DNA of 64,000 nt from Centroscyllium fabricii (Eukaryota). The DNA is taken from the NCBI GenBank assembly GCA_051313645.2, contig JBNRSN020000014.1:63798001-63862000 (forward strand), read 5' to 3'. Under the pieces are notes generated by a model that was not told where the DNA came from, made no database searches, and worked only from the letters and a program-made list of their open reading frames with translations. Positions within the stretch are counted from its first letter, which is position 1. Every line of letters starts with the position of its first letter. Shown here one piece after another: positions 12,135-25,520 of this stretch. Position numbers and translations under genes: made by a program.

Positions 12135-12856
12135 CAGGTCCGACACCGTTAATCCGTGAAAAATCCCAATGACTGAAGCTTCGGCGAGCGCATGTGCAGA
12201 CCATTGAAAATGGCCACCGCGCACACCGGGTAATTCAATGCAAGTTATTATAGCTTCATTTTAGAGACCTTAAGATAGCAAATTCTTTTGATGGGCATCC
12301 ATATAGTCTCACTGGAGGCATGTAAATGTCTGAATTTAATTAAAAATTATTCATTTACATCAAAATTCTCCATACCTATTGTGAAATATTTGGAGCAGAA
12401 CTTTATTTCAATTTAATGCAGTCAAATGCTGTGAACCTGCCTAGATTTTTTTTTTTTTATTTCAAAATAATTCTTTTGACCTTTCTCAATATACAAAGCA
12501 CTTTGAAGATTGAGTTAGTTTTAAACTCGGAGCAAAATATAACGTTGGTGCTCATGCCCCAGACTGTACATATTTGAAATGTCATCGCACCAATGAACTA
12601 TACAGATTGTAAATAACTAACCTGGATTGCTGGGGGAAGAGAGGAGAGTGCGGGTATTACTTCCATTTATAGATCATTCTTGGATGTCGGGGTGAGGCCC
12701 GGGCATGCGCAGCCAATCAAAATGGCCGCTGCGCATGCGCGATGGCCATTTTGAATGGTCTGCGCATGTGCAAACCAGTCGGGGAGAGGCCCGGATTCGT
12801 GCCGGACGACTGAAGCTTCCGGATTAATGGTGTCCGGATTAATGGTGCCGGACCTG
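12135..12856. mobile_element. Tigger/pogo-like MITE ends enclosing about 450 bp of unrelated AT-rich DNA
   Basis: TA|CAGGTCCGACACCGTTAATCCG...CGGATTAATGGTGCCGGACCTG|TA; same family as 7400-7969. Confidence 0.75.
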
Positions 12857-13169
12857 TAGTAAATAATTCCTGTGCTGCTGGAATCGTGGACAAGTTGCAA
12901 CGAAGTGAGGATAGAAATTCCTTTTGGGGGTATGCAGAGGAGTGTGAGGGACTAACAAATGCAGTCACCACAATGCCTGATGTATTGTTGACCACATCTG
13001 TTACTCATGTGTTTATCTGCTTTCCCCACACGTACCTGGGCATGTCGGGAGACGTGTCTTCGCTACCTCCACTTCAGAAGCTAGACTGCTGCAGAGTTGT
13101 GCCAATGCAGCGTGGCGTCCAAGAAATTAGAGGGAACATTGGCCATAACCTGCAGAGAGAGCACCTAGA

Positions 13170-16100
13170 TCGGGGATGGTTCATCGAATCTTGAAGCACA
13201 GAAGGGGCCATTTGACCCATCGTGCCTGTGCTGGCTCTTGAAAAGATCTATCCAAATAGTCCCAGACCCCTGCCCTTTGCCCATAGCCCTGCAAATTTTT
13301 CCCCTTCAAATATTTATCCTATTCCCCTTTGAAAAATAATTGAATCATGCTTCTACTACCCTTTCAGGCAGTGCATTCAAGATAATATAACTGCGTTTAT
13401 AAGAAATTCTGTTCGTCTTACCTTCGCTTCTTTTGCCAATGACCTTCAATCTGTGTCCTATGGTTACTGATCCTTCTGCTAGTGGTGACAGTTTCTATCA
13501 AAACCCTTCATGATCTTGAGCACCTCTAGTAAATCTTCCCTTAACCTTCTCTGTTCTAAGGAGAACATCCCCAGCTTCTTCAGATAACTGAAGTCTTTCA
13601 TTACTGGTACCATTCTAGTAAATCTCCTCTGCACCCTTTCTCTAAGGGTAGTGTCCACAATTAGACACAATCTGGGCCCTAACCAGTGATTGGAAAACGA
13701 TCTAGAGGGGAGATGAGACATTTTGAGTTGGGATCTGGAACTGTCTACCTGAAGGTGGTGGAAGCTGATTCCATAAATAATTAAGTGTTAGACAGGTTCT
13801 TGAGGATGAGGAACTGACCGGGTTAGGGGCAATAAGCAGGGATGTGGGACTGAGCACAACTGAGAGCCAGCACCAGCATGACTGGCTAAATGGCCTCCTG
13901 TGCTGTAGGGTTCTCTGATTCTGTTTATAAAAGTTTTGCATAATTGCCTTGCCATTGTACTATATGCCTCTGTTTATAAAAAATAAAAAAAAATAAAAAA
14001 AGTGAGCTCTTAACAGCCATCTCAACTTGGCCAGCCACCTTCAAGGATTTGTGTACATGCACCCCCAGGTCTCTGTTCTTGCACCCCTTTTTAAAATTAC
14101 ACACCATTTAGTTTATATTGCCTTTCTTCATTCGTCCTACCAAAATGCATCACTTCACACTTCTCTGCATTAAATTGTCTCTGCCCAGTTCACCAGTCCG
14201 TCTATGTTCTCCTGAAGTCTGTTGCATTTTAGTTTCATGTCATCTGCAAACTTTGAAATTGTGCCTTATATACCCAAGTCCATGTCATTAATAGATATCA
14301 AAAAGCAGTGGTTCGAATACTGGCCCTTGGGGGACACCACTGTGTAACTCCCTCCAATCTGAAAACAACCGTTCACCACTACTCTCTCTGCTTTGTGTCT
14401 CTTAACCAATGTCTAATCCACGCTGCCACTGCCCCTTTAATTCAGTGGGATTCTGTTTTGCTAACGTGTCTATTATGTGGTACTTTATCAGACGACTGTC
14501 AAACGTACAACCTTCTTTAACCCTCTCTGTTACTTCCGATGTTCCCTAAACTGCGCATCTGCGGTATTTTGAGTGGCCTGTGCCGTCCCTTAAAGGTTGC
14601 TTCATCAAATAAGTCAAAAAAGATTTGCCATAAACAAATCTCTGCTGGCTGCCATTTATTAACACACATCTTTCCAAGTGACAATTCATTTTGATTGATT
14701 TAGTGTCTCCAGTTTCCCCATTGGCCTGTAGTTGCCGGGTGTATCACTCTTCACAATCCTCTAGTCCTCTGGCACCACACCCATAACTAAGGAGGATTGG
14801 AAGATTGTGGCCCAAGCCTCTGCTATCTCCACCCTTGCTTCCCTCTGCAACCTAGGATGCATCCCATCCAAACTGGCTGACCTTTTTCTACTTTGAGCGC
14901 TGACAACCGAGTACCCCGTTTATCTATTTTTATCCTATCCAATTTATCTACTACCTCCTCCTTTACTGTGACATTGGCCGCATCCTCCTCTTTAGTGAAG
15001 CAGATCCAAAGTACTCATTTAGTACCTCAGCCGTTCCCTCTGCCTCCAAGAAGACCTCCTTTTTGGTCCCTAATCTGCCCCACCCTTCCTTTGACTACCC
15101 ACTTACTATTTATGTTTCTGAAAAAAACCTTTTGGGTTTCCTTTTCATGTTGCCCGCTAATCTATTCTCGTAGAAAGAGTCGGTCTGTACCTGAATGATC
15201 TTTCAGATTCCCCTTCAATTCACTGAAATTGGCCCTCTTCCAGTTGAATCGTTTCACGTTTGATTGTTCCTCCTACTTTTCCATAACTACTCTAAACCTA
15301 ATACTGTGATTACTTTCCTAAATATACCCCCACTGAAACATGCACCATTGCCCTATTTTAATTGCCCAGAGCTAAATCAGCATTGCTTCCTTCTTTGTTG
15401 GGCTGGAAATATACTGATCAAGGTATTCCTCCCCCTCTTTACCCACCACACTTGTTTCCCAGTCTAAATTAGGATAATTGAAGTCCCTAATTATCACTGC
15501 TCTATAGTTATTGCATCTTTTGCAAATTTTCTGGCAGATTTGTTCCTCCATCTCCTTGCCTCTATTTGGCGGCCTCTAGTATACATACAACCGTGTAATA
15601 GCTCCTCTATTCCTTAATTCTGACCCAATTAGATTCTGTCTTTGAATCCTCGTGTACATCACTTTTCAGTGCTGTAACACTATCTTTGATCAATACTGCC
15701 CCCCCTCTCTTTCCTGAATACCTTGTAGCCTGGAATTTAAAATTCCTAATCATCCCCTTGTTTGAGCCAGGTCTCGGTTATTGCCACTATATCATAATCC
15801 CATGTGGTAATTTTATGCCTACAGATCACCAACCTGACGAACCACGCTCCATGCATTCCAAACCCATCCTAGCCTCCATTGCATAACACCCCCACCCTGG
15901 TCTGAACCCTCCTATTTCTGAACTATTCTTTAGTGTGTTTTGCCTCTCCCAGTCTTCTGTGCACCTTCTATCTCCTCTCTCTTATGCTTCATCCTGGTGC
16001 CCCTCCCGCTGCCAATTTAATTTAAACTCTCTTCTCTTTCTCTCTCCTCCCCCCCTCACTGGCAACAGCAACCTCCCCTCAAGGACAACAGCAACCTCCC

Positions 16101-16560
16101 CTCAAGGACGTTGGTCCCATCCCTGTTTGAGGTACAATCCGTCCATCTTGTCCAGGGCCCTCCTATCCCTGAACTGGTCCCAATGCCCCAGAAATCTGAA
16201 GTCTGCCCCACTGCACCATTTCTTCAGCCACACATTAACCTGCCTTATGGTCCTGCTCCTGTACACACTAGCATGTGGCACTGAGTAATCTGGAGATTAC
16301 CATCACTTGAGGTCCTGCTCTTTAGCTTCCTCCCTAGCTCCTGAAACTTTGACTGCAGGACCTCAACCCTTTTCTTCCTTATGTCATTTGTTCCAACATC
16401 GACCATGACTTCTGACTGTTCCCACCCCCAAGCAGCATGTTCTACACTCATTCCGTGATCTCCTTTACCCTGACGCCTGGGAGGCAACATACCGTGCTCC
16501 TAAGGAGTTTCTCTAATCTCTCCAGGTTAGCACAACATGATTCTTCTGGCTATTCCAGGG
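13170..16560 (-). mobile_element. Long decayed CR1 LINE (ORF1 esterase remnant plus ORF2 remnants)
   Basis: ORF1-like VDVGTNDIRKKRVEVLQSKFQELGRKLKSRT (SGNH/GTND motif); ORF2 C-terminal ERVQRRFTRMVP...FSLEQRRLREDLLEVLKIMKGFDR. Confidence 0.85.
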
Positions 16561-16819
16561 GGCACCTGCCCCATCAAGCCTTATGTATCAAACAAAGGAC
16601 ACCTGCTCTGTTAGCAAGTTTGACGCATTTTCCTGTGGAAAGAAGGCATCAGGTTGTTTAACAGGTTGGTCATAATGCTCAGATTTCACTGGATGACCAG
16701 GTTCCTTCAGTGCAGAGTTGCATATAGTAACTGTGGCAACTCGAGCAGCCCGATGGCCTCTTAGAACAGACGATTGCATTCAATTATTGTTGGTGTCTAC
16801 TGCAAACATTTATCTAGGA

Positions 16820-16906
16820 CTTCACCTGAGGAAGGAGCAGCGCTCTGAAAGCTTATGATTTCAAATAAAACTGTTGGACTATAACCTGGTGTTGTGACTT
16901 CTTACA
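16820..16906 (+). mobile_element. Penelope 3'-end fragment (family B) with a hammerhead-like core
   Basis: TTCAC-CTGAGGA-AGGAGCAGCGCTCT-GAAA-GCTT-ATGA followed by AATAAAACTGTTGGACTATAACCTGGTG. Confidence 0.7.
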
Positions 16907-17504
16907 TTTATCTAGGAAGTAGCTGTAGCACCTTCATTGTGTGGAGGCGAGCAAACCTTGGAGCATGGCTCTTAGTAGGGTTAACAGCCCTGGATGCAGA
17001 GGATAGTCTCACTCTGAGAAACTCTAACACCAGAGTAGCAATTTGGCCTGGACATTTGGCATCTCTTCTGTTTCTGGCTGCCACAACCTCTTTCAAAGAA
17101 AAGTGTGCTGTGTAATTTTGGCACAGTAAGTGTATGCATCAACGGCGGCAGCTGTGTACAGTCCATGAAATTGTACCTCCCTGAAGGTTGAGAGTTTCCA
17201 ACTTGTGTTTGTGCCAGGCTTTAGGCGATCCCAAAAGAAAAGAGCAAAATTGAGCAATTAACTTTGCCTTTCTCTTGACGCCATCAAACTTCTTTGCATT
17301 GAGTTATACACACTCTCAAACGAGGGAGATGCTGAAGGGTGGGGGCGGGGGTGGCGCAAGACCAAGTTGGGCAAATACATAATTCCTTGCAAGTGCAGGT
17401 AGAGCCATAAAACCCAATAACATTTTGGGGTTTCATGAATGGATGCATAGAGTACAAGAGTAAAGAGGAATGTACAAGACACTGGTTAGGCTATAATTTA
17501 CAGT

Positions 17505-17953
17505 TTTTTAATTCGTTGATGGGATGTGGGCGTCGCTGGCTGGCTAGGCCTGCATTTAGTGCCCATCCCTAATTGCCCTTGAGAAGATGGTGGTGAGCCG
17601 CCTTCTTGAACCGCTGCAGTGGTTGCAACTGAGTGGCTTGCTAGGCCATTTCAGAGGGCATTAAGAGTCAATCACATTGCTGTGGGTCTGGAGTCACATG
17701 TAGGCCAGACCAGGTAAGGACGGCAGATTTCCTTCCCTAAAGGACATTAGTGCACCAGATGGGTTTTTGCAACAATCGACAATGGTATCATGGTCACCAT
17801 TACTAAGACTAACATTTAATTCCAGAAATAAATTGAATTGAATATAAATTCCACCAGCTGCCGTGGTGGGATTTGAACCCATATCCTCAGAGCATTTGAC
17901 TGAGCCTCTGGCTTACTAGTCTAGTGACATAACCACTACGCCACCGCCTCCCC
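17505..17953 (-). mobile_element. tRNA-derived SINE
   Basis: A box TGGCGTAGTGG and B box GGTTCAAATCC on -; body shared with 49312-49700; A-rich end. Confidence 0.8.
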
Positions 17954-18934
17954 TTGTGTTCAGTTCTGTTTTGGAAAGGCCTTTGAGGTCATAGAAATCA
18001 TATCGTAGTCATGATGATTCTAGGGTTGCAAAACTATAATTGCGAGGAATCCCAAAATACTGACTCCTTTACACTGGAGTAAAGAAAGCTCGGGGGGCCG
18101 GGCCGGGTGGGGGAGGGGGGCTGGGCCCCGGGGGGGGGGGGGGGGCGTGGGCCGGGGGGGGGCGTGGGGCGGGCGGGGGCAATGTTCTGCATGTGAAGAG
18201 GGGGTGGTGAATACAATCCTAATCTGAAATTATATTAAGTATAATTTCAAAGTGAAGAACTCTTTATTTGTGTAGTATATATGCTTCATATTTTGACAGT
18301 CCTCCATTACATTGGCACTTGGATAGGGTAGTTTAAAAAAAAAAATCTTGACATGCTGGAAAGTCTGAATTTATTTTATTGCACATCTCCAGTTGCTTTG
18401 CTTTGAAGGTGCTGGTGGGCCACATCTGTGGCTTTTGGCTCAAATTGAATCTCTACCAAATAATTTTGCTCCTGTTTCCCATCCCTTCATTTAGAGAGGA
18501 AATACAATTTTGTTTTTCACATCATTCTACCTAAACACACGTTTACTAGTTTAGACATTTTTTCCTAATTTGCTTACAAATGGTTAGTGATGATGTCCTT
18601 TTGTGTTGAGCCTTATCTGGGTGTAACCCATTAGGCAGGATGCCTTCTCTCCTGCTGTTACCACTCAGGCTAATACACAAAGGATCTCCCTGATCTCTCT
18701 CTGCAAGGAAGCTGATTGTGTAGAAGAAGCTAGATTTTGAGGAAGACTACAAAAGCAAGATAAAGCAACAGTTTAAAATGCTGGTGTAGTACATCGATTA
18801 AACAAATCATTAGATAATTTTAAACTTGGGTAATCCATTTCCTATCCATATTGAAGGTTATCTAATTTATTTTACAAGATAATTGGTCAGAAACTACCAC
18901 GTAAATTTAGGATTAACAGCAAAATACATTCTAT

Positions 18935-19567
18935 GGCCTGGATTATGCTGTCGGCAGCGAAGGAACGGTGCTTGCTGTTCACTATGCTGGCAACCATCCA
19001 CAGACTTTTTACAGGCTTTTGAGTGGCAACTCGCTGGCATCAGGTCTCTGATCCAGTGCAGTGCCGTCTACATGGAATTTGTGGCATGTTTGAGCAGGCA
19101 AGCAACAGTGTGGCTCTTCAACCAATCTGATTTGAATCGTCTAAACCAGGAAGTATAAATTAGATTTAAATCCTGTACAGTGAGGAAAAGAAAGATGGGA
19201 TTGAGATGAGAAAAATAACAATTTTTAACAAATTTCTTAACACCAATTACATTCTGAAGGAATTGGACGCCATGCTTGTAAAATTAAATCTTCAGTGCCA
19301 TTGTTTGACAGTAATTATGACTTATCATGCTGTTAATAATTCACTTACCTCAATGCACCAGCCCTAACTTTTTCCTGCCGTGTTTAGTGGGTAAGTACAG
19401 CAACTTCATGCTGTTGCGTAGATTTCAATGTCGAGTCTATCGGCGAAGTACCGTTGTAGTGAAGCTCGGTGTAGGGTAGCTCGGACCACAACTTCTGGAT
19501 TTCAGCATTTAATAGCGTATGTGCTCACTGTTGGCCTCGCTGTTATTCTCAATGCAAATTCCGAGCC
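18935..19567. mobile_element. PIF/Harbinger-ISL2EU-like MITE (same family as 52708-53463)
   Basis: Ends GGCCTGGATTATGC...GCAAATTCCGAGCC; internal blocks shared with the second copy. Confidence 0.65.
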
Positions 19568-19828
19568 AATATTAAATTTGTAAGCTTCTTCTTCTTGTCG
19601 TGTCTTCTTTCGAAGTGGTGGATGGAGTTTTTAACAGACCGGTTAACGGTCTGCTTTTTGACCGCGCGTTAGCGCCTCCTCCGTGGTCACAGTTTGTAAG
19701 CTATGTACATGGAACAACTATGTTGTAAAGATAGTACTTCACTAGAGGTTGTTGTTTAAATGATTTTGATGTGCTGAAACATTAAGGGATAGATGTGTAA
19801 ATACATTTTGCATTTTATATTTTTACAG

Positions 19829-19983
19829 GCTCTGGAGTCCAAGCTTGCATCCTGTAGGAATTTTGTCTGGGATCAATCTCCAAACCGTGCAAATCTGCCA
19901 TCTGCTCACAATGGAAACCACACAATAAAAGACAGCAATGATAACAGAGTGCCCAATGCCAATCTACCCCAATATGACAAAGG
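19829..19983 (+). CDS. NDE1: NDE1 penultimate coding exon, 155 nt
   Basis: ttacag|GCT CTG GAG...AAA GG|gttggt; ALESKLASCRNFVWDQSPNRANLPSAHNGNHTIKDSNDNRVPNANLPQYDK(G). Confidence 0.93.
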
Positions 19984-20179
19984 GTTGGTAAAACCATGTT
20001 TTGACAGACTTGCAGTTTTTTGAGATGCAGTCACCATAAGTGGACAGCACTTGTGTGCAGCTTAAGTGACTGACGAAATTGTTGAATATACAGTATTTTG
20101 GAATTTGGTCAGATCAGCTATATAAAAAAAAAACTCTTTCTAAGTACTCAAATGTGCCCAATCAATCTTTAGGAAAAAA

Positions 20180-21340
20180 AACCAACTTGCATTTATATAG
20201 TATCTTGAGTGCAGAAAAAGTCTCTGGTGCTTCAGAGGCATAAATGAATGCCAAAGGAGGACCTATTAGGTGGAGTAAAAGCGCAATCAGAAGTTGGTTT
20301 TAAGCAGTGTTTTGAGGGAAATCCAGAGCTTGGGGTCTGGGCACCTTCAGGGAGGGGGATGCCCAAGATACTGGAAGTCGGAGGAGTGAAGAGTATAGGA
20401 GAGGCTGCTGTAGCACTGGAGGTTAGTGATGGAGAGTAGCTAATCCATGGAGGGACAAGGATGGATACATTTAAATTTGAGGACTTGGAGCCGATGCAAG
20501 TGAGTGAGGACACGGGTGATGGGTGAGTGGGACTTGGTGCAGGATAGGGTATGGGCAAAGTTGTGACTGAGCTGAAGTTTGAGGAGCACGGGAGGCTGAG
20601 CAGCAGAGCATTGGTAACTGAGGCACAGGTGAGTTTTGATGGCAGATTAATTGAAAGTCTGCCTCTGCCCCTACATGTTATGGAGGTGGAGTTAGGCGAT
20701 CTTTGTGATGGCGAGAATATGGTTATGGAAGCTTAACGTTGAATAGGACAATTGGTTTGAGAACAGTTTGGTTGAGAATGAAGAGGTGGCTACAGGTGGG
20801 ATGGTGACGGTGGATAGGGTATGGGGTTTTTGGCAGAGCCTGAAGGTGGCATGGACATTCTTGTAGTTTAACTGGAGAAATTGCAGTTCACCCAAGACCG
20901 GATGTCTTGACAGCACTGAGGCAATGGAGGGGTCGATGGGGTTAGTGGAGAGGTAGACCTGTGTGTAATCAGCATATATGTGGAAACTGGCTTCATGACT
21001 TTGGATAGTGTTTCCAACATGGATCCTTGCGGCACTTGTGCTGTGGGGTGGGAAGAGAAGTTATTGCTGGAGATGTTTTGGCCATGATTAGTTTAGTAAG
21101 AATGGAACCAAGCAAAGACAGTTCCAAGAAAAATGCGAGACACACATTGGTGGAGGAGGATGGTTATAGTTGACCACTTTAAAGGATAGAGAGAATGGGG
21201 AGGGATAATACACCAGTCACAATCGGAGAATGCCATTTGTGACTGGATTAAGGCCATTTCAGTCAAAGTCGAGGAATCCTGATTGGAGAGAGTGGCACAG
21301 ATCTGGGAGGCAGCAACATGTTGCAAGAATTTGGAGAACC
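20180..21340 (-). mobile_element. Old L2 LINE fragment
   Basis: AACTTGCATTTATATAG L2-type tail on +; degenerate ORF2 3' region. Confidence 0.65.
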
Positions 21341-21451
21341 ACTGAAACTTTGCTTTTTGATTATGTTCAATGCTTTTTGATTATGTTCAATGCTATATTA
21401 TCATATGTTAAATGTAGCTAGTTATGTTGCATCAAATACTTGGATCCTGAG

Positions 21452-21803
21452 CAATGTTCCCTCCTAAGCTGCGATTTGTGTGGTGCTTGTTCATTTCAAT
21501 GCACGGTCCCTTTACATTTCTGCACATGCACAGTATTTCCAGTGGAAAAGCCTGCAGCGGACCCTGCAGATTACTGCGCAGCCGGTCCCGCGCGCAGGAC
21601 CCTGCGAATTACTACGCAGCCGGTCCTGCACGTGGGACCCTGCGGGTTACTATGCAGCCGAGCCCGCGCGTGGGACACTGGGGGTTACTGCGCCGCCGAG
21701 CCCGCACGCGGGACCCTGGGGGTTACTGCGCCGCCGAGCCCGCGCGCGGGTCCCTGCGGGTTACTGCGCCGCCGAGCCCGCGCGCGGCTTAGAGGGAACA
21801 TTG
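21452..21803. mobile_element. hAT-like MITE with an internal ~36-bp GC-rich minisatellite
   Basis: TIR CAATGTTCCCTC...GAGGGAACATTG; about 6 units of GGGACCCTGCGGGTTACTGCGCCGCCGAGCCCGCGC; decayed 8-bp flanks ATCCTGAG/GTCTTGAT. Confidence 0.8.
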
Positions 21804-22292
21804 GTCTTGATCCTGGGGAAGTTCACCACAACTGGCGAATATCTACTGTGCTCGAGCAATCTGTTTTACAAACCTGCTGTCACTGGGCAGTCTGACTGTA
21901 CATGGTATCAAATTGTTGGAAATAAACTGCTAATAGTGAAAACCGGCTTTAAATCCTGAATGTTAAAGACAGGACATTTATATAAAAAAACAAGTATTCA
22001 AGGCACCAATAGAACAAGTTCTAAACAAAAAAAGACCACGGTCCCCACCTAATTTGCCTTCTACCACCCTGGTAGTCACATGATGCAATGATAATGGAGT
22101 TGTTGATTAATTATGGCTATCAATTAGTCTGCAACAAACCCAAACGTAAGGCGAGATAATCTCCTATGGTCTAAAACTTTGGGAACTGTAGGTCCAAAGT
22201 AGTCTGTTCCCCTCGAGCATAATGCACTTGCCATACGTCCCGTCTCGTATGCTGTATCCCAAATTATTTTTTGATTTTTGTTGTTTTTCCAG

Positions 22293-22386
22293 GTTAGCCA
22301 AAAGGCTGGAGTTTGGAGCACTTGCCTCGAAAGTCTGCGCACAAGCAACTGTGTCACCACAGGGTGTAGTCAAAATCCTGCTCTGA
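22293..22386 (+). CDS. NDE1: NDE1 terminal coding exon (KMLL-type C-terminus)
   Basis: Long polypyrimidine tract, then ttccag|G TTA GCC...CTG CTC TGA; (G)LAKRLEFGALASKVCAQATVSPQGVVKILL*, comparable to human GLGKRLEFG...QGVVKMLL. Confidence 0.93.
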
Positions 22387-25300
22387 GCATGGTAATTTTT
22401 CTTAATTCTTATTTGTAAATGGATATTTTTATAACCAAGTTCAATAGCTTTCAATGGGGAAGTTAGTAAAAGAAAAATAAATTTTTTTTGCTGGTGCAAA
22501 TTGAAGTTTTTTTTTGATGAAAGCGAAAAGTAGGTTTTTCTTTCATATTGAAGGTGTTTGGCCCATATTTTATGACTATTTCGAAGCCCTGTTCCACTTG
22601 AGATGTGGGATGGAGAGCTTATTAAAGAAGGGGAAACATAATCAGATAATTGTAAAATGCCAGTTAACAACGGAGTTTCTCTGCCTCAGTTTTGCACATT
22701 TATGGGTTTGAGCTGCATTACAGTAATTGTGTTTCCGCAGAGTCACCGGGAAACTGGCTCATTGGGGGAAAATAACAATTCTAAGGAATCAATCTTTACA
22801 AATTGACCTTAAAGCGATTCTAGCTCACTCATTTGGCTTCTTGGTAACTGGTAGCTTGAACCGTGGCAACTTGGGTATTTAAAAAAATAAATAATTAAGT
22901 TATTAGATCTAAATTATTGAGTCCATTGATTCATATTTAATCCAACATCATAACCACTGGCACATTTAAAATATGGTGGGTCAAGATGTAGGTAGTTCCA
23001 CATAAACTTGTGGCTACTGCAGGGTCTGTTACATTTGTTATTTGATCTCCCTAAGCCATGCAGTGGTGACCTCAATGGTGTGTAAGATTTGACCAGTTTA
23101 TATTTCCTAAATATCATAAGACTGGAATTGTGTATCAAGAAAATTGTATACAATGATAATGCACCAGTGTACAATCATCCCATTCTGTATATTCTCTGGG
23201 CCCTTTTTGGCTGAGAGTTAAAACTAATATCTGTTTATAATTTGTAAGATGCATATTTCACAAATATGTAACTTTTACTTGTGTACCAATTTATGTATAG
23301 TCAAGAACGTCTTTCCATATCATTTTAAGGATTGCTTTATGCATGCTTGTGTTAGCATAGCAGTCAACACTTCGATTCTCGCCTTTGTAAATATTTAATC
23401 TGTTACCTGTTCATCTATCAACTACCGACCCATTGTCAATATCTCAAGTTCACTGAAGTCCAAATTTGTTCTATTGCTTTAAATGCAAGCCTGTTTCCAA
23501 AATTATTTCTGTGCTAAATGCTGCCTTATGCAGAAACTACTCCAAAATGTGCACTCTGTGTAGAAATTTAAAAAAAACACATTGTGAAATCCATTTACTA
23601 TATATACCGACCAAGAGTACTTTTTTGTTTCACTGAAAGGACTTTGAACAAGACCCTTGGAATAGAAAGGTTATTGAACTGGTAACTGCATTACTAGGTT
23701 TAGTTCACAAGTGAATACTCATGATTAATGAGAATTACAAGGACTTTGTCATGAGTGAAATAAACTGGTGCGATGCTACTGGTGCAGTGTTCTGTTACTA
23801 TACATCTGTTGCTGCTTATAACTGGCAATTAGTTCAAAAATTGACGTGAGGAAACCTGAATTGACCTGAATTTCATGTGGTTCAAAGGAATCTCATTTTG
23901 TGTTCCTTTTTTAAATTGACTGCACAGGAACATGTACCAGGTCAATTGGCTGCTGTCAATTGGCATGGGTCAGGAGAGGGTTAGAGCTTGAGCAGTTTGA
24001 ATATCAATTTAACCTATCAAACAGGCTAGTTATAAAGTTCTTGGTATTGTCTTGTTTGAGCTGAGAATGATGCAAAAGTATTAAGTAGATGTAAAAAAAA
24101 TGTAGACTGGATAGTGCCTTGATGATCATAGTGCCTTTGATTATGGAAGAGTAGGTTGAGATCCTGTGTTGGTACTAGGTTTGGTTGGTGAGTTAATCAG
24201 TCGGTAAATGTAAAGATTTAATCCTGGTGAATAATAATCTGACTAGCTGCTGATGGACATGAATTAATTTCTGATTTATCCTACTGGTAGGGAAAGACCC
24301 ACATCACACAGTATTGATCCTGGCACAAGTAAGCAAATGGCTTGAGCTTTGAGACAATGTGCATCGGCTAAGGGTTTGACCCTTAGGAGGCCTGTCTGGA
24401 TCCATTGTTAGGATAAAGCCACTACCTAGCAGAAAGAGGAGTTTTCTGGTCAGAAAAGTTGATTGATCAAAGCTAGTAGGTACATTTAGGATCACCATAA
24501 CCTTTGCTAAAACTCTGAAGTTGGAGGAATTCTATCCAGGACCTTCTCTTCCCAAGAGAGGAAAATGCTGTTGAGGGGTAAATCATTGTGTCCTGAACCA
24601 AAGCTGTGATATTTGTATTTTTGCCCAACGCAAACTGGTTTGCATAGGGCCACCCAGTCTTTGGAAGGCAACAGATGCTGTCTCTTGTAGGGACTATTGA
24701 GGTAGGATGGTGGTTCTGCTGAACAAATAACGAGATTGATGGTACCTCTGATGTGAATTTTGTTTGACTGTATGCAAAATGCACTAATGTCTCGTCTCCG
24801 TGTACTTGCATTGAGTTTTGGGTCCTATAATGGTTTATTCTTGTGCTCATTAATAGATGTTCATATTGGAGAAAGGAACATTTTCCTGATTTTTGCCCCT
24901 TGTGCCTGTATTTGGTTCCCTCAGCACTGCTAATTGGTGCCTTAATTCAAACCCCCAGCATCCTTCACTGCTGTGATGTTTTGATTTGCTATGCCAGGTC
25001 TCTCCGAGCAAATTTAATGCTAAGTTAGGGTGATTGGTGCTGCTTCTATATTTGACCCATAAGTTCAATAACTTCATAAGGTGACATCCTGCAGAGTAGA
25101 TGATGTGAATAGTTGTTAGTGGCAGCGAAAATATTCCTGCAATAAAATGAGCGGTACACATGATGGGAGTATACTATTTGACTTGTCAACAGCAGGAGGA
25201 AAGTGAGATGGTTGCTGGGGGATACTGTTGTACTACTGCATTACAAGGGAAATATCAATGTTTTCATGCCTGAAATATCAAAGTCCGTGATTTACCTATC

Positions 25301-25520
25301 TTCACCCCCCCCCCTTTATTTTAGAGTACAATATTTCATAAATTGTGAAATCACTGGCAGGAACTATGAAAGTAACTAATGGATGTATACTGTTGAAGAT
25401 TTGGGCCACCATGTCTGTTTTTACAAAACTTTGCCATATCCAGGTTTGGAATCCTGCTATGTCTGTAATGTAATTGCACTTCTTAATCTAATCAACTGAA
25501 ATAAAGTTGATGGCGTTCAC
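22387..25520 (+). other. NDE1: Probable NDE1 3' UTR with candidate AATAAA signals (about 22475, 23759, 25141, 25500)
   Basis: AT-rich, largely repeat-free stretch after the stop codon; the true 3' end cannot be fixed from sequence alone. Confidence 0.5.

Noticed and set aside
11614-12204. 196-aa ORF with poly-Lys
   Set aside because: It runs through a poly-T tract and MITE sequence and resembles no protein
18090-18180. G-rich tract with G-quadruplex potential (also homopolymer runs at 27185 and 48200)
   Set aside because: Low-complexity runs prone to sequencing error, with no further evidence of function
21440-21959. Three overlapping repetitive ORFs
   Set aside because: Produced by a stop-free GC minisatellite inside a MITE
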